Source: Octopus bimaculoides
Lineage: Eukaryota
DNA length: 64,000 nt
Assembly: GCF_001194135.2 (NCBI RefSeq)
Contig: NC_068983.1
Location: forward strand, 103,335,978 to 103,399,977
Direction of reading: 5' to 3'
Shown: positions 11,763 to 24,865 of the stretch, piece after piece
Layout of the letters: each line of letters opens with the position of its first letter
Position numbering within the stretch: position 1 is the stretch's first letter
Made by a program: the position numbers and the translations under genes
Notes under the pieces: model-generated
Database searches by the model: none
Told to the model about the DNA's origin: nothing
The model's input: the letters and a program-made list of their open reading frames with translations, nothing else

Positions 11763-14719
11763 ATATCATATAAAAATATTAACATATTTTATATACCTCA
11801 GGATGCAAGATTTGTATGGCGCATCTGAACTCTGAAAAGAATTAGCGTATGGACAGTAAAGTAATGGTCATTCCTACAAGACTGTTCAACTTAATGTTGA
11901 GTAACCATACTTAAAAAGCAGTCACATTTCCCTCAAATCACATTCAGTAATCTTTAAAAAAGGACAAACTACTTTTGATCATAAATCTGTTCATTCAGGG
12001 CTGGCCCGGTGCTCGACTACAACGAGCAAATCTCTATGCGGTCTATATGAGAAAAAGCAGCCAAATCTCTTTGGAACCACACATTCTGCCTTTAAAAAAA
12101 TGGCTGAGAAAAAACTGAAGAAAAAAGAATAGATGGGTGACCACAACAAGAATATCTTCGATCATAGGCTGATTCAGTCAGTACTGATTTGAGCATTCCA
12201 GTTAATGAGAAAAAGGAGTAGCATAAGAGGTTCAAAGTAGTCATTTGCAAATGATCTTGTTCATTGTAACAAGTCAAATATTCCTTAACCTATTCTGGTG
12301 ATACTGACTTTAAAATGTTAAAATGCAAGGTACTATTTTAAGCGCTCTAATTCCAAACATGTCTCATGATAAATACCCTAACTAGAAACTTCCATCGTAA
12401 CCAGCTAGTGAGGTTATTCGCTCTGTTAGAAACAGCAACAAAATCCCCTACAAATAATACTTTATCGTCTTTAAAAACGAGTGACATACCACAATGTAGT
12501 GCTCGGACGCAACACTGGAAGAAGGTTAGATTTTATTTCTTCTCGTTTAGGATTGCAATGTAACAATGTACAGAAAGTCAAAATTTATTTGGAACATGTA
12601 CTAATGTTATAAAATTCAGGACTGAATGTCACGGTGATGAAAGTCAAGCTCCAAGAAAATTCAGAAGGCATAATTCAATTTTTCAAACTAAAAATAATTT
12701 TATCATTTTACAATTTTACGTCAGGCAATCTGGTTAACGGCATCTCGTCCGTCCTCACGTTCTGAGTTCAAATTCAACCGAGGTCGACTTTGCCTTTCAT
12801 TCTTTTGGAGTCGATGTAATCGACTTAACCCCTTCCCCAGACCTGCCTAGTACCAACATTTGAAATCAATATTTTTACAAGATATAATGATTTGATAAAA
12901 TGAGAAAGAAGGTTTAATATTTGGAGTTAAATTAGTTATAGAAAACTTCAGAGAATTCTACAAATTTGAATTAGAGATTACTCGATGCTAAACGAATGCA
13001 GGCTTCGTTGATCCTCCTCTTTCGTACAATAAGGGGATTTATCTGAACAAAATACACGACACAACAATCCTTAAAGTCGCGATCCTTAAAATCGTGGAGA
13101 TAGAACTGATCTGAAACTAGATAAGAGTTCATGATTTAGGCACAAGAGCAACAGTTTTGAGGAGATGGGTGTTAGTCGAGACTATCGATCCTAGTACTTG
13201 ACTGGTACTTATTTTAACTATGCCGGAGTTTTGAAAGCCAAAGCTGACCTCGGCGGGAATTGGACTCGGAATAAATACTGTAAGGCATTATTTTTACGCT
13301 ACTCGAACGATTCTGCCAGTTCACCGCTATAATCTGGGACTAAATAACAGTTTTAAATGTTGGTACAGGGCCAGCAATTTTGGGGAGTTAGTCAATTACA
13401 TCGATCTCAATGCTTAACTGATACTTATTTTTATCGACCTGGAAAGGGTGAAAAGCAAAGTCGACTTCGGTAGAATTTGAGCTTAGGGCGTAAAGCGCAG
13501 GAAGAAATGCCGTCAAGTATTTTGTTTGGTGCGGTAACGATTCTGCCAGCTTGCCTTAATCTGGGGCTAAGTAACAACAACAAACTGTTCTTTTCATTAA
13601 TGAACATGATTATTAAGGAATACACTAATGGAATTTAAAAATGAATTGTTGTTTCAAAGAATTTAATGAGATCACATATAGCAATTAGCGAAATTCCGAC
13701 TTCAACATCATAAAATAATGCACTTTCACTTAATACTATACAGAGAACTGTCACCTCCAATAGAACAATTATTCTAGGCAACATTTTAGAAGTGAATAAT
13801 TAATGAAGAGCAGAGTTGCAACGTTACTTTATGTTACATGTTGATGTGTGGGTGGAGGACAGAGAGAGAGATTTGTGAAGACAATGACAATCATAGATCA
13901 ACAACAAGTAATATTCGCAAAACCTATTTTGCTATAAATATTGGATTTCTTACATTGGTACAAGGTTCTCCCAGATTTATAGAGGAAGTAAAGAGAGCAT
14001 GTGACATTCATGACTTTCTTGATGACACCTGAGATGTTAGGTAAATTGATTGCCAACAGGAAAAGAAAGTTGGTTCGTTGGTAGCTCGCCATCTGTTCAA
14101 TCACGACTATTGTTTTTTTTTTTTCAAAAACAAAATTCAATATACAATCAATCTTCTACATTGACATATCTACGAACTCATCATTATATATATATATTAG
14201 TTATTTCTCACGTAGCTAGGTTCTTTGCGTCGGCTTTTGTCTATGAAATTAAATGAGCTGCACTCATATCAGTTTTTTAAGTGGACTTGTTTCCATGTCT
14301 TAACTCTTTTCCTAACATACTAACGTATTATTTTCATATAGTTTCCTGTTGTGAGTCAGCAATGTTCAGATAGTAAAATTTCTGATATCATACTTAAGCA
14401 TGCCGATCGCTAGGTTACGGATACGTGAACACACCAATACCAGTTGTCAAGCGGTAGTGGGGAACAAACACACTCATATATATCAGTTTGGATGAAAGGC
14501 AAAGTCGACATCGGCGGAATATGAACTCAGAACGGGAAAACGGACGAAATGCCGCTAAGATTGTATCCGGTGCGGTAACAATTCTGCTAGCTCGTCACCT
14601 TAGGTTAGTATAGATATTATTACATTAGGACTCTACTATCATTCCCAACATGGGAATCAAAGTAAGAATGCAAATGAATTTTGTGTTATTACTTTTACAA
14701 TCGATAGACTTCTTTCTCT

Positions 14720-14772
<53 letters not shown>

Positions 14773-15485
14773 GTTCTATTGTTCTTATTCATTCCATTTT
14801 GCGAGAGCAACGATGCCTCTCTACTTCTGTCTCGACTTGAGTACCATTGTTTTCTTATTCATTACTTTCAGTAGCTGCTTAAGCATTTAAAATTTATCTG
14901 TAAGGTCTTCAAAATAAGAAAACAGGACACTATTCCATCGTCATTTTAAAAGTTTATGCTTACTCTCGAGGAGTCTTTAAGCCTCTGGAACACACCGGGG
15001 CTGCCTTGGATAATCCAGGGCGGTTTAATAAGTCTATTTATATGGCATTAAAAATATTGCTGAAGTGAACTTGTATATACAGGTTTGATTATTTTGCTTA
15101 AGTACTATCATGTCTTTCTTCAAACAACACACTTCTGAACTAACCACCAGCTTATACGACTAGTTTGAAACGAGAAGCAAATAAATAAATATTGACATTA
15201 AAACCTAAAGACAATAAAAAGTTATAGAGTTAGTAAATATGCTTTATAGTGAATATATATAAAAGGGGCTAACAAAGTCAACTGAAGTGATGAAGCTTAA
15301 TGGAAGTTTTTTCTACGCAACGCTAAACCAGTTTAATGTCGTTTAACACAGCTATTTGTTGGTAGAATGAGGGGAAAAGGGATTTCGATGAAATAATTTT
15401 TTATCATAAGTTGAAGCAAATGTTTTCTTTTTTTTTTTTATCATTTTGTAATAAAGTTCATGAGAATAGACTTGAAATAGTAAAG

Positions 15486-16179
15486 AGTGAAATTCGGATC
15501 TATTTTAAAACGGGGGCGCCAGTATTTTCTTAACGAAACACTAACGAAACACTTTGAAACTTGGGACACTGGTAGAATGTGTCATATAAAACATCTTTTA
15601 CTCTTAGTCTTCTTAACAAAAANNNNNNNNNNAAAAAAAAAAAAAGGAATTCGCAAGTTATTCCATGTTAAAGTTGTCGTATTTCTGTAATTTCAACCAA
15701 TCACTGACGTCTATTCAGCTGAATAGAGTTACTGCTGGGCGGTCATAAAAATGTTATTCCCTGTGACATATTTCATCCGGTTTAATCGTAATTTATACGC
15801 ATATATTGTTTATATAATAAATTACGCTGTGCGTATCTATGTGTGTAACAATTTTAGAGTTCGGATTCTAGAGTTAGGGTTAGTTTTAGGGTTAGGGTTA
15901 CGGTTAACAGTCTAGTTAGGGTTAGGGGATTAATACGATATACACCGTTACAGCGCTAACTGTTTTCAACTGAATAGACGTCAGTGGTTAGTAGAAATTA
16001 TCGAATTATAAGACAATTTTTTACATGAAATAAATTCGAATACAAAAATATTTTTCTGTTCTATAACACAAAATAGATAAGTATACGAAGTTTGAAAGTC
16101 TTTCCGTACCAAAAACACTACATAAAACATAAATGAAAACTGGCGCCCCCGTTTTAAAATAGATCCTGAAATTCTCACT
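15486..16179. mobile_element. Non-autonomous DNA transposon with nested inverted repeats and internal TTAGGG-like tract
   Basis: 28-bp perfect TIR core ggatctattttaaaacgggggcgccagt (15496-15523 vs 16139-16166); inner 17-bp perfect IR cactgacgtctattcag (15702-15718 vs 15970-15986). Confidence 0.75.
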
Positions 16180-16479
16180 GCATGCTTTCAGTTATTTTCT
16201 TATTTTAATGACTTAATCGTGGAAAAAAGGACTGTGCAGCTAACCTTTTCATGGCCTGAGAGATTGGTGGGAGGAAGTTATCATATTGCTGGACACTAGA
16301 TACAAATGTTTGCAGCAGGATAGAATTTGCTGTAAGCAAGTAAGAGCTAGATGATTATGTTAAAAATTTTACACAATTAATGACCGTTCAGGTCTTCGTG
16401 ATTCTGAATAGAAAATAAATCTGCAGTAAATTGAGGAGTCTATATTTAGGTAAAAAGCATACAATAACAGGATAAAAAC

Positions 16480-16870
16480 AAACAAGAGTAAACTTAACGT
16501 GATTAAGCTGTGAAGAAAAAAATAAATCGACGTTTCGCATAGTCATCATTCGTCAAGATAAAAGGAAAGAGAAGAAAAAGAATAAAATTAGGTGAGGAAA
16601 ATTCTATATTGAGTCAGAGATATGATAAGGTAGAACAGTAGACAGGAAATGGGTGTAGTAAAAAAGGATATTCTTTTTCAGCAGAGAAGAGTGAGCGTGC
16701 GGTAAGAAAAGTATGAGTGAAAAGTGTAGTAGAAGGTAGTGAAGTATGCGTGAAATATGCTAACCATGTAAGCATTGAAGATATTAGATATCCTAGATTC
16801 ATTATAAACGAGTGGTGATCAGGGCAGAAGCGCCTTTGATTCTAGTTTTGTTTGATCTGTAATCAAACAA
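16480..16870 (-). mobile_element. Penelope-like element terminal remnant with degenerate hammerhead motif
   Basis: Minus strand reads atc-TTGACGA-a-tgatgactatgc-GAAACGTC-gat followed by a T-rich tract, typical of PLE pseudo-LTR ends. Confidence 0.45.
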
Positions 16871-18109
16871 CGACGAAACCATACGCTAGCTTCCATTGAG
16901 TTTACCAGTCTGACAATCATTTACTACCAATTATTTGTTCGCTTTCAATTCTTTGTAAGTTCAACTTGCCAGGTCAGATGACAAATGTAGTACAGCTTTG
17001 TGAAAGGTTACAATACAGTATTAATTGTTGTGGTGGTTTGGCCCTAATTCAGCTTCTCGTCTTTTTTGTATATCTAGGACTAAATTGACCAATGTATGCT
17101 TTTTTGTATTTCAAGATTGAAGTGTGTAATTTGAGTGAATTAGTTTGCTAGATCTAGAAATTCGAGCAACTGTGCAGAGATTCCCTCTACCCACTGTCGA
17201 TCCAATACAAGATTTAAGGAATGCAACACGGCATACACTGACGGCAAAATAAAACTCATGTAGGAAATAGTGTCAGAACTAAAAAAAGATTAGGAAAAAT
17301 AATATTTTTGTCATCATTTGGTTGTTGCTGCTGTTAAGGCTGGAAGCTGGAGGAATCGTTGGCACGATGACAAAATGCTTAGCGGCATTTCGTCCGTCTT
17401 TACTTTCGGAGTTCAAATTCCGCCGAAGTCGACTTTGCCTTTGATCCTTTCGAGATCGATAAAATAAGTACCAGTCAAGTACTGGGATCGATGAAATTAA
17501 CTACCCCTCCCCTACAATTTCACGCTTTCTGCCAATAATAGAAACGGTTATTATTATTATTGTTGTTGTTGTTGTTACTGTTCCCATTCAGTCGGTCTGA
17601 AACACAATATTTTTAACGAGGCCGGAAACCGTTTTGTAAATCTCTTTGAGTAGACAGGATTTGGTTTGAATATAATGACAAAAGGGTGGGGGAGGAGAGA
17701 AGGATTAACATCATCACGAAGAAAAAACTAAAAACAAAAAAAGAAGAGGAAGAATAAAGCAGCCATTTGTTACGACTGATGACAAATATGTCAAACTTAT
17801 GCTTTAACAGACCGTTGAATAATGACACAGATTAAGAGAAGTCTGACAGTTTAACGTAGTCATTCATCAATATACAGTAGTTTTAGCCCTCTACCGGCGT
17901 GATTCATTTAAGCAAATCAATCGTCCTTCACGACCCCCACCCCACATTTTTTTTTTTTTTTTAGATAAAAGGATTCAAATAAAAATAAATTTACCAAAAG
18001 TATTATAAATTCCATATTTGATCCATTTTCTAGGTGAAATACAGATTCTTCAATATTTCTTTACCATCATGCTTTTTTTTTTCCTTCTGTCTGTTTCTCT
18101 GTATAAACA

Positions 18110-18345
18110 CATAACTTAGAAGCAGCGCCACAGATGTATCAACACAACACACACGAGATTGAAACAGCCGACATCATGCACTTCTCATGAGGAATTCCAG
18201 AAGAAGCTTCGTGAGACCACTCCTGAGACGCTTCAGAAAAAAGAAAAACCGTAGGAAAACAGTTTATAGCAGAGACTCCAACAAATAAGATCTGAAGAAG
18301 GAATTCTAATTCCGAAATATCATCGGACTATAGTTTACCAAGTTA
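18110..18345 (+). mobile_element. Penelope-like pseudo-LTR fragment
   Basis: Contains CTGAAGAAGG...CCGAAA, the signature of PLE-borne hammerhead ribozymes. Boundaries approximate. Confidence 0.5.
18289..18324 (+). ncRNA. Minimal type-I hammerhead ribozyme motif (intact core)
   Basis: gat-CTGAAGA-a-GGAAT(tcta)ATTCC-GAAA-TATC-atc: 3-bp stem I, 5-bp stem II, palindromic AUAU stem III, AUC cleavage triplet. Confidence 0.55.
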
Positions 18346-18709
18346 CAACAGGCATACAGTCCATTTTTTGTTCTATAGTGCATTGTTATACCTTCCTAAA
18401 CTTTTTATTCTTTACAAACAATACACAATGCTTCAAGCGAACTACAATATTCTCCTAAACATATTAATGTTCATTTTAGCATATTATTAGATATTAAAGT
18501 ATTTCAAAGGTAAAGGATTTCGTCTTTGAGGCCCAGCGACAATTTAGAGAGGGTAGATAACAAGTAGCATTAAACAAAACGCATACACATCCCACGTGAT
18601 CGTCCACACTATTCGCATATTGTTATACATCGCAGGTCACTATGTGCTTTATAACAGATTTTAGCTTTTGAATGATCCCACCTTGCTGGCTAGGCGAGCA
18701 GTCCAACAT

Positions 18710-18742
<33 letters not shown>

Positions 18743-19095
18743 GCGGCGAGCTGGTAGAATCGTTAGCACGCTGGGCGGAGTGCTTAGCGGTATTTCTGAG
18801 TTCAAATTCTGACAAGATCGACTTTGCCTTTCATCCTTTCGGGAGGTCGATAAATTAAGTACCAGTGAAACACTTGGGTCGGTGTATTCGACCAGTCCCT
18901 TCCCAAATTTCAGGCCTTGTGCCTATGCTCTTTCATTGTTTCAGTCATTTGATTGCGGCCATAATGAAGTACCGCCTTTAGTCGAACAAATCGACCCCAC
19001 GAGTCATTCTTTGTAAGCTAAGTTACGGGGACGTAAACACACCAGCATTGGTTGTCAAGCGATGATGGGGGGGGGGCTGACACACACACACACAC

Positions 19096-19130
<35 letters not shown>

Positions 19131-19148
19131 TGTATAAATGTATATGTA

Positions 19149-19245
<97 letters not shown>

Positions 19246-19907
19246 GTTGAAAATATGTGGAAAACATATAAAATGTGGAAGAGAAATGCCTTCGTTTTAA
19301 TTTTAAAAATTCCAATTTTTTAAAAATATATTTTTGTCCATCTTTATACGTTTCTCAATCGGTTTAATATCACCACCTGACACCTCGACTATCCTTAGTG
19401 GAGTTCACTTAGTTGCAAGTACTGAAGCTGATCTTCGGTTTGAGGGTTCCCTTCTTCCCACAAATCTCATCCAGAGCACAGACACTGCCTTCTTCCTCTC
19501 TGACTTAAAGGGTTTTTAAAAACTAGAATACTAAAATTATTTCGCTCCTTTACTAGTTTTTTTTTTTTTCGGCCAGTGGATTCTGACCATGCTAGAACAC
19601 CATAATGAAAGCTAAAATAAAATAAAAACATGCCACAGGTGGAGGAATATTTAAAATCTTCGGCAGCCGGCATTATCTTTGCCTTAAAGCAATATGACTG
19701 TCCTTCACTGTTTTGCCAGCTGTGTAAGATCTAAGTTTTGACTAAAGGTGGGGAATTTGTACTAGTTAGCCTCTACTTCTCTCAAACAAATTTAACAAGT
19801 TTGTTTTTCTATCGCGAGTGAGGAAAACTAAACAAAAGAAAACATTTCAGAAAGAAAAGTTGTCAACTTGAGATAAAAAAAAATTAAAAAAAGTTGTTTA
19901 AACCCTG

Positions 19908-20760
19908 CGAGGGTGGGCTGAAAAATTCGTAGGCTGACGATGAAGGAGTGATGTCAGAGCTGTAAAATCTTACATGCTTTAATTTCAATTCTTAATAATT
20001 GCATTATTTCTTTCCAGGTAAATTAACATGTGACTCTTCAAAGAAGACTTCAAAAGTATCTAGTAGCGATTTCTCTTGAAAATCAACAAAATTTGAGGGC
20101 TTAGCCCCCAACATGATAAAAGGGCTTAGCCTCCAACGACATTCATGCTGACATGTTTGCTACATTAGGGGTTGACGCTCCAGCTTTATGAACAGTGCAA
20201 AAATGAGTAGCTGAAATTAGGGAGGGAACGGAGAGTCTTGGAGATAACCCAAGGTCTGGACATCCTTCAACTGTCACCACGTGCAGATGGATGACAGGCG
20301 ACTGACTATAAATCAAATAGCCAATGCTATTAGCATATCCCACGAGAGAGTTGAGAATATTCTGCACAATGAACTTGATATGAAGAAAGTTTCTGCTCGG
20401 TGGGTTCCACGTCTTCTGACATCTGATAAAAAAGTGCACCAGGCTGATCACATCACGGGGAAATCTGACATTATTTTGGGCAGATCCAGCTGGTTTCCTT
20501 GAACGCTTCCTAATCGAGGATGAGTGCTGGCTTCATAACCGAGACAATCTATGCAGTAGAAACACCTCTCCTCACCTGATGAAAGAAGGCCAAGGTCGTT
20601 TCAGCTGCAGGGAAGGCGATGGCCTCATTTTTTGTGACGCAAAGGGCATTGTGTTTATTGACTACCTTGACAAAGAGCACACCGTCAATGGAGAGTACTA
20701 CATCAACTTCCTGGGGTAGTTTCGAAAGGCTATCACGACCAAACACCTAAGAAAACTGAC
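19908..20760 (+). mobile_element. mariner transposon, 3'-truncated and degenerate
   Basis: TIR-like cgagggtgggctgaaaa; ARWVPRLLT (20395-20421); frameshifted EDECW first-D motif; SAGKAMAS..DAKGIVFIDYLDKEHTVNGEYY. Confidence 0.85.
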
Positions 20761-21340
20761 GTTAGGATGTTAGGATGTTAGCCTCTCATTCTGGCTCAGT
20801 CACGGACCAACTGCAGCACACAAGCTTTTCTGAATGGCACGCTGAACGAAAAATTACCTTGAATATTTTTTTAGCAGTGCAGCCCTCCTCGTATGCAAAC
20901 CGCTTCTCGAAAACGGTCGCCCATGCCTGTTCTATCTGATCGACAAACCAAGTGGAGATAACATCGATGGCTCGAGATAGGAAGAAGTAAAAATAACAGT
21001 CGTTCAACCTAGATAACAGAAATCCTCATTAAGATACTGACAAAACATTTCCACGATACTCATATGATATATAAATAAATACTTTTATATTTAACAGAAT
21101 TTTAAGACATTCCTGAACAACGACAACAAAAAGAAACAAAAGCACGAACTGCTTTTTTCCGTTATTATGTAAGGAGATTGGATTAGATACGGTTTGATCC
21201 AATATTTCACACAGAATTTCAGCAGGTTGTAACAAGCTATTATGCTATTAGAAAAGCACTAAAACCAGTCACTCAGCCTCTTTTGACCTTCAGTAATGAT
21301 ATTAAGAGAGAGAAAAAATCATTACTGACTAGATAGATAG

Positions 21341-21395
<55 letters not shown>

Positions 21396-22559
21396 TAGAT
21401 AGATAGATAGATAGAAGGAGGGAAGGAAAAGAGAGAAGGCGAGGGAGAAAAAAGGTTCAGCAAAGCTAATTTGAGCAGTAGCTTTGTTATCTAATATAAC
21501 GTATGCTCACTAAAACACACTTGAAATACAATAATAGATATGGTTTTAAACCAATAATATGGACTTCATCATGACATACTTTTTTCTCGTTTGGTGTGTT
21601 GCGTAAAGGATGTGCCTGTGTGTGTGAGTGTGTACTTGCATTATGGGTCACATGTATTTACGCAAGTGCTCGTGGATTCAGAGTGTGCATGAAGTATGCT
21701 CGTATATTCATCTATGTCAGATTTTCCGGTTTAGCTAAACAAGCACTGTATAGTTACTTGATTTATCATATTCAGCTATGTGTGTTGTGTTGTATTCAAT
21801 GTGCATTACATATGCATGAGAGTTGTCTGCGTTACAAGTATGCTTTCAACTGTGTTAAATATGCATCTTCATGTAATATACGTTGTGTAGTTAGGTAAGT
21901 GTGCCACGTATGTCGTATGCACTTGATAATCACATTACAAAAAAAAAATACTAAACGTATACATACGTATATCAACGTTTTCACGCTAATTATATTTAAT
22001 TAAAGAAATTAATTACATCTTGGATCGAGATACATAATAACAGGTATTGAATTACAAAACTAAGCCAACCCTTTCTTACAGAGCTGAAAATGACACAAAC
22101 TTACAGAAGATGAAGATGGAGAGAAAACAATAACAGTCATGATAATTATGAAATTATTCAGTGGAAGTTTTTAAAGCAAGACAATATATACTTAGGGGTA
22201 GGCGTGGCTGTGTAGTAAGAAACTTGCTTCCTAACCATATGGTTCTGGGTTTAGTCCCACTGCGTGGCACCTTCGGCAAATTAACTTCTACTATAGCCTT
22301 GAGCCGACCAAAGCCTTGTGAGTGGATTTGGCAGACGGAAACTGAAAAAAGCCCGTCGTATATATATGTGTGTGTGTGTTTACATCCCCGTAACTTACCG
22401 GTTCGGTATAAAAAGACCGATAGAATAAGTACTTGGCTTACAGAGAATAAGTCTTGGAGGCGATTTCTTCCACTAAAACCTTTTAAAGTGGTGCCCCAGC
22501 ATGGCAGCAGTCAAATAACTGAAACAAGTAAAAGAATAAAATATATACAGGTATATATA

Positions 22560-23547
22560 CAGGGTGCATAAAGTATTTGAGGACATACCCTTTTTGGGTC
22601 ATTGCTGCATTTTTTGCTAACTCTGTATAATCTTTGTTTCAGAAAATAATAATGGCACACCCTCAGCTTACTCAAGAAATGAAGAAGCATGCTATTATTG
22701 TGGTTATAAAAGCTGAGCATAGCGATTTAGAAATATTTTGATTTTTAAAAGTTACCAGATCTTTCGTCTACAAAGTTTGTAAGAAACTATAGACTGAAGA
22801 TGGAAACGTGTCACCAGTATCAAAGCATAAAAAGCATTCTAAACGCTCTGAAATCATCAGAACACCTGGATTTATCCAGCAAGTTCAACCGACCATTGAT
22901 TACAGTCCCAGAAAGTCCATGAGGTAAATTGCAGAAGATCTCCATGTATCAGAAGGAACAATCAGAAATGTTGTCCACAAAGACATCAGATAGAAGTCTT
23001 ATTTGATGAGGAAAAGTCAATTTGTGAGAAAAAGTAAAAAAAAAAATCACTACATCAGATCTAAAAGCCTCTTAAACAAACTGAAGACAGTGTTTACAAT
23101 GGAAGGCCATATGAGTTTCAATAATAAGACTCTGCACTATCACATAGAGCTCTATGGCTGAAAATGTTCATGATCAGATAACCCCTAACGTTTGGCCTCC
23201 TAATTCCCCAGATCTCAATCCACTGGACTATTACATGTGGAGCGTTGTTGAGAGAGAGAGAGAGGTCAATGAACACGCCCATAACATCAAATATTCATTG
23301 AAAGCCACCATCGTCAGAGTAATGTCCAAAATGAACCAGGACCACTTGATTCAAGCATGTAGATGAATTAGGTCTCATATAGAAGCAGTTGTTGAGCTGA
23401 AGGTGGCTTTATTGAATAATATTACAGAAAAGAAGGGTTATTTTTTATCCTCATATAGCATTTTTTGATAAATAAAGTTATTATCCGTTATTATATATGT
23501 TTTTTTTTATAAACATAAATCTGTCCTCAAATATCTTACGCACCCTA
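22560..23547 (+). mobile_element. Tc1/mariner superfamily (maT/DD37D-like) element, internally deleted
   Basis: TIRs cagggtgcataaagtatttgaggaca / tgtcctcaaatatcttacgcaccct, TA at the left end, and the WPPNSPDLNPLDYYMW motif. The subfamily call is tentative. Confidence 0.8.
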
Positions 23548-23549
23548 GC

Positions 23550-24400
23550 GTTCGAGACATACACACTTCACGTCTGGCTGTACAGCCTTTTTGTTTGTTT
23601 ATTTCACCGTTTCGTTTTCCTGTCTTGTTTTCCGTCCGCCACTACCCTCCACGAAAATAATTTAATTTGTGTTCGTGGGAAGAACCATTTTAACGATGCG
23701 TACTGCCTTAATTCTTCGAAACGCCGGAGTTTTAATGGTGGCAGCTGATGGAGGGGATGTTTCTATGTGGCCTGCTTGTTTGTTGCACCTTGTTTACCAT
23801 TTTTGTCCTTGTTCTTTTGCCACGTCATGTACCCAGTTATGTATCTATATGTACATGTGGNNNNNNNNNNNNNNNNNNNNNNNNNNNNNNNNNNNNNNNN
23901 NNNNNNNNNNNNNNNNNNNNNNNNNNNNNNNNNNNNNNNNNNNNNNNNNNNNNNNNNNNNNNNNNNNNNNNNNNNNNNNNNNNNNNNNNNNNNNNNNNNN
24001 NNNNNNNNNNNNNNNNNNNNNNNNNNNNNNNNNNNNNNNNNNNNNNNNNNNNNNNNNNNNNNNNNNNNNNNNNNNNNNNNNNNNNNNNNNNNNNACAGGT
24101 ATGTGCATACCGACATCCACCTGTATGTATAGGTGCATATCTGGGTACAGGACATTGCACACAAACGTAGACGAGAACACACGAGCCACATAGAGAACAT
24201 TCTACTTCTTCAGCTACCCACGTTTTAACACCGGCGTTTCGACACACACACAACATTTCACCACGACAAACAAAACGAAAGTAAAGTATCAGGGATGAGA
24301 AATATATCAAGCGTATTGCGTTATCGGGGAGTCGTGTCATGACAAAGCATGCCAGCAGTCAAACGCGTCTGTTTGCAGTTAGAGAGAAACCAAACTGATA
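23550..24400. mobile_element. Penelope-like repeat pair in inverted orientation across a gap
   Basis: 23716-23860 matches the reverse complement of 24095-24242 (tcgaaacgccgg...gctga(t/a)g...ctatgtggc...tgtacccag). A third copy is at 54.85 kb. Confidence 0.5.
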
Positions 24401-24519
24401 ACTGAAAATTCATTTGGACAATCCACTACAAATCCGGTCTGTCATCTGCTACCAGCAAACGAAGTAGAACGAACAGATAAATGAAAAGATAAATATCGGC
24501 GCCTTTTACGGGTTTGAGT

Positions 24520-24865
24520 CATAACACCAAACATAAGAAGGCTCAATTCAAATGATCTAAAATCAGAATATCGAAAAGCCGAAATTCCGAATACTCATGA
24601 TACCAAGAAGAAAATATGAAAAAAACCCCCAGAAATTTGAAACAATGATTACGATTATTATTTGTGAGTAAATATGCACGTTACATTTCGCTTGTCTTTG
24701 TTAAGCACCATAACATAATAAAATGTTATAATAGAATCTCTTTCGAAACCATAAATAAATATAATTTGAGAGCGTTTTCCGTGTTCCTTCACCCTAAAAT
24801 ATTTCAAAATTCGATGTTCTGAGCATTCGATCTTTCAAGCGTTCGGTCTTCAGATTACCACACAC
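24520..24865. mobile_element. Degenerate MITE with repetitive cgaa/ttcg subterminal arrays (Mutator-like)
   Basis: Left end has tcgaaaagccgaaattccgaa; right end has ttcgatgttctgagcattcgatctttcaagcgttcggtctt, loosely complementary to it. Confidence 0.3.

Noticed and set aside
15873-15928. Chromosome end or true telomere
   Set aside because: A short imperfect tract enclosed by transposon TIRs.
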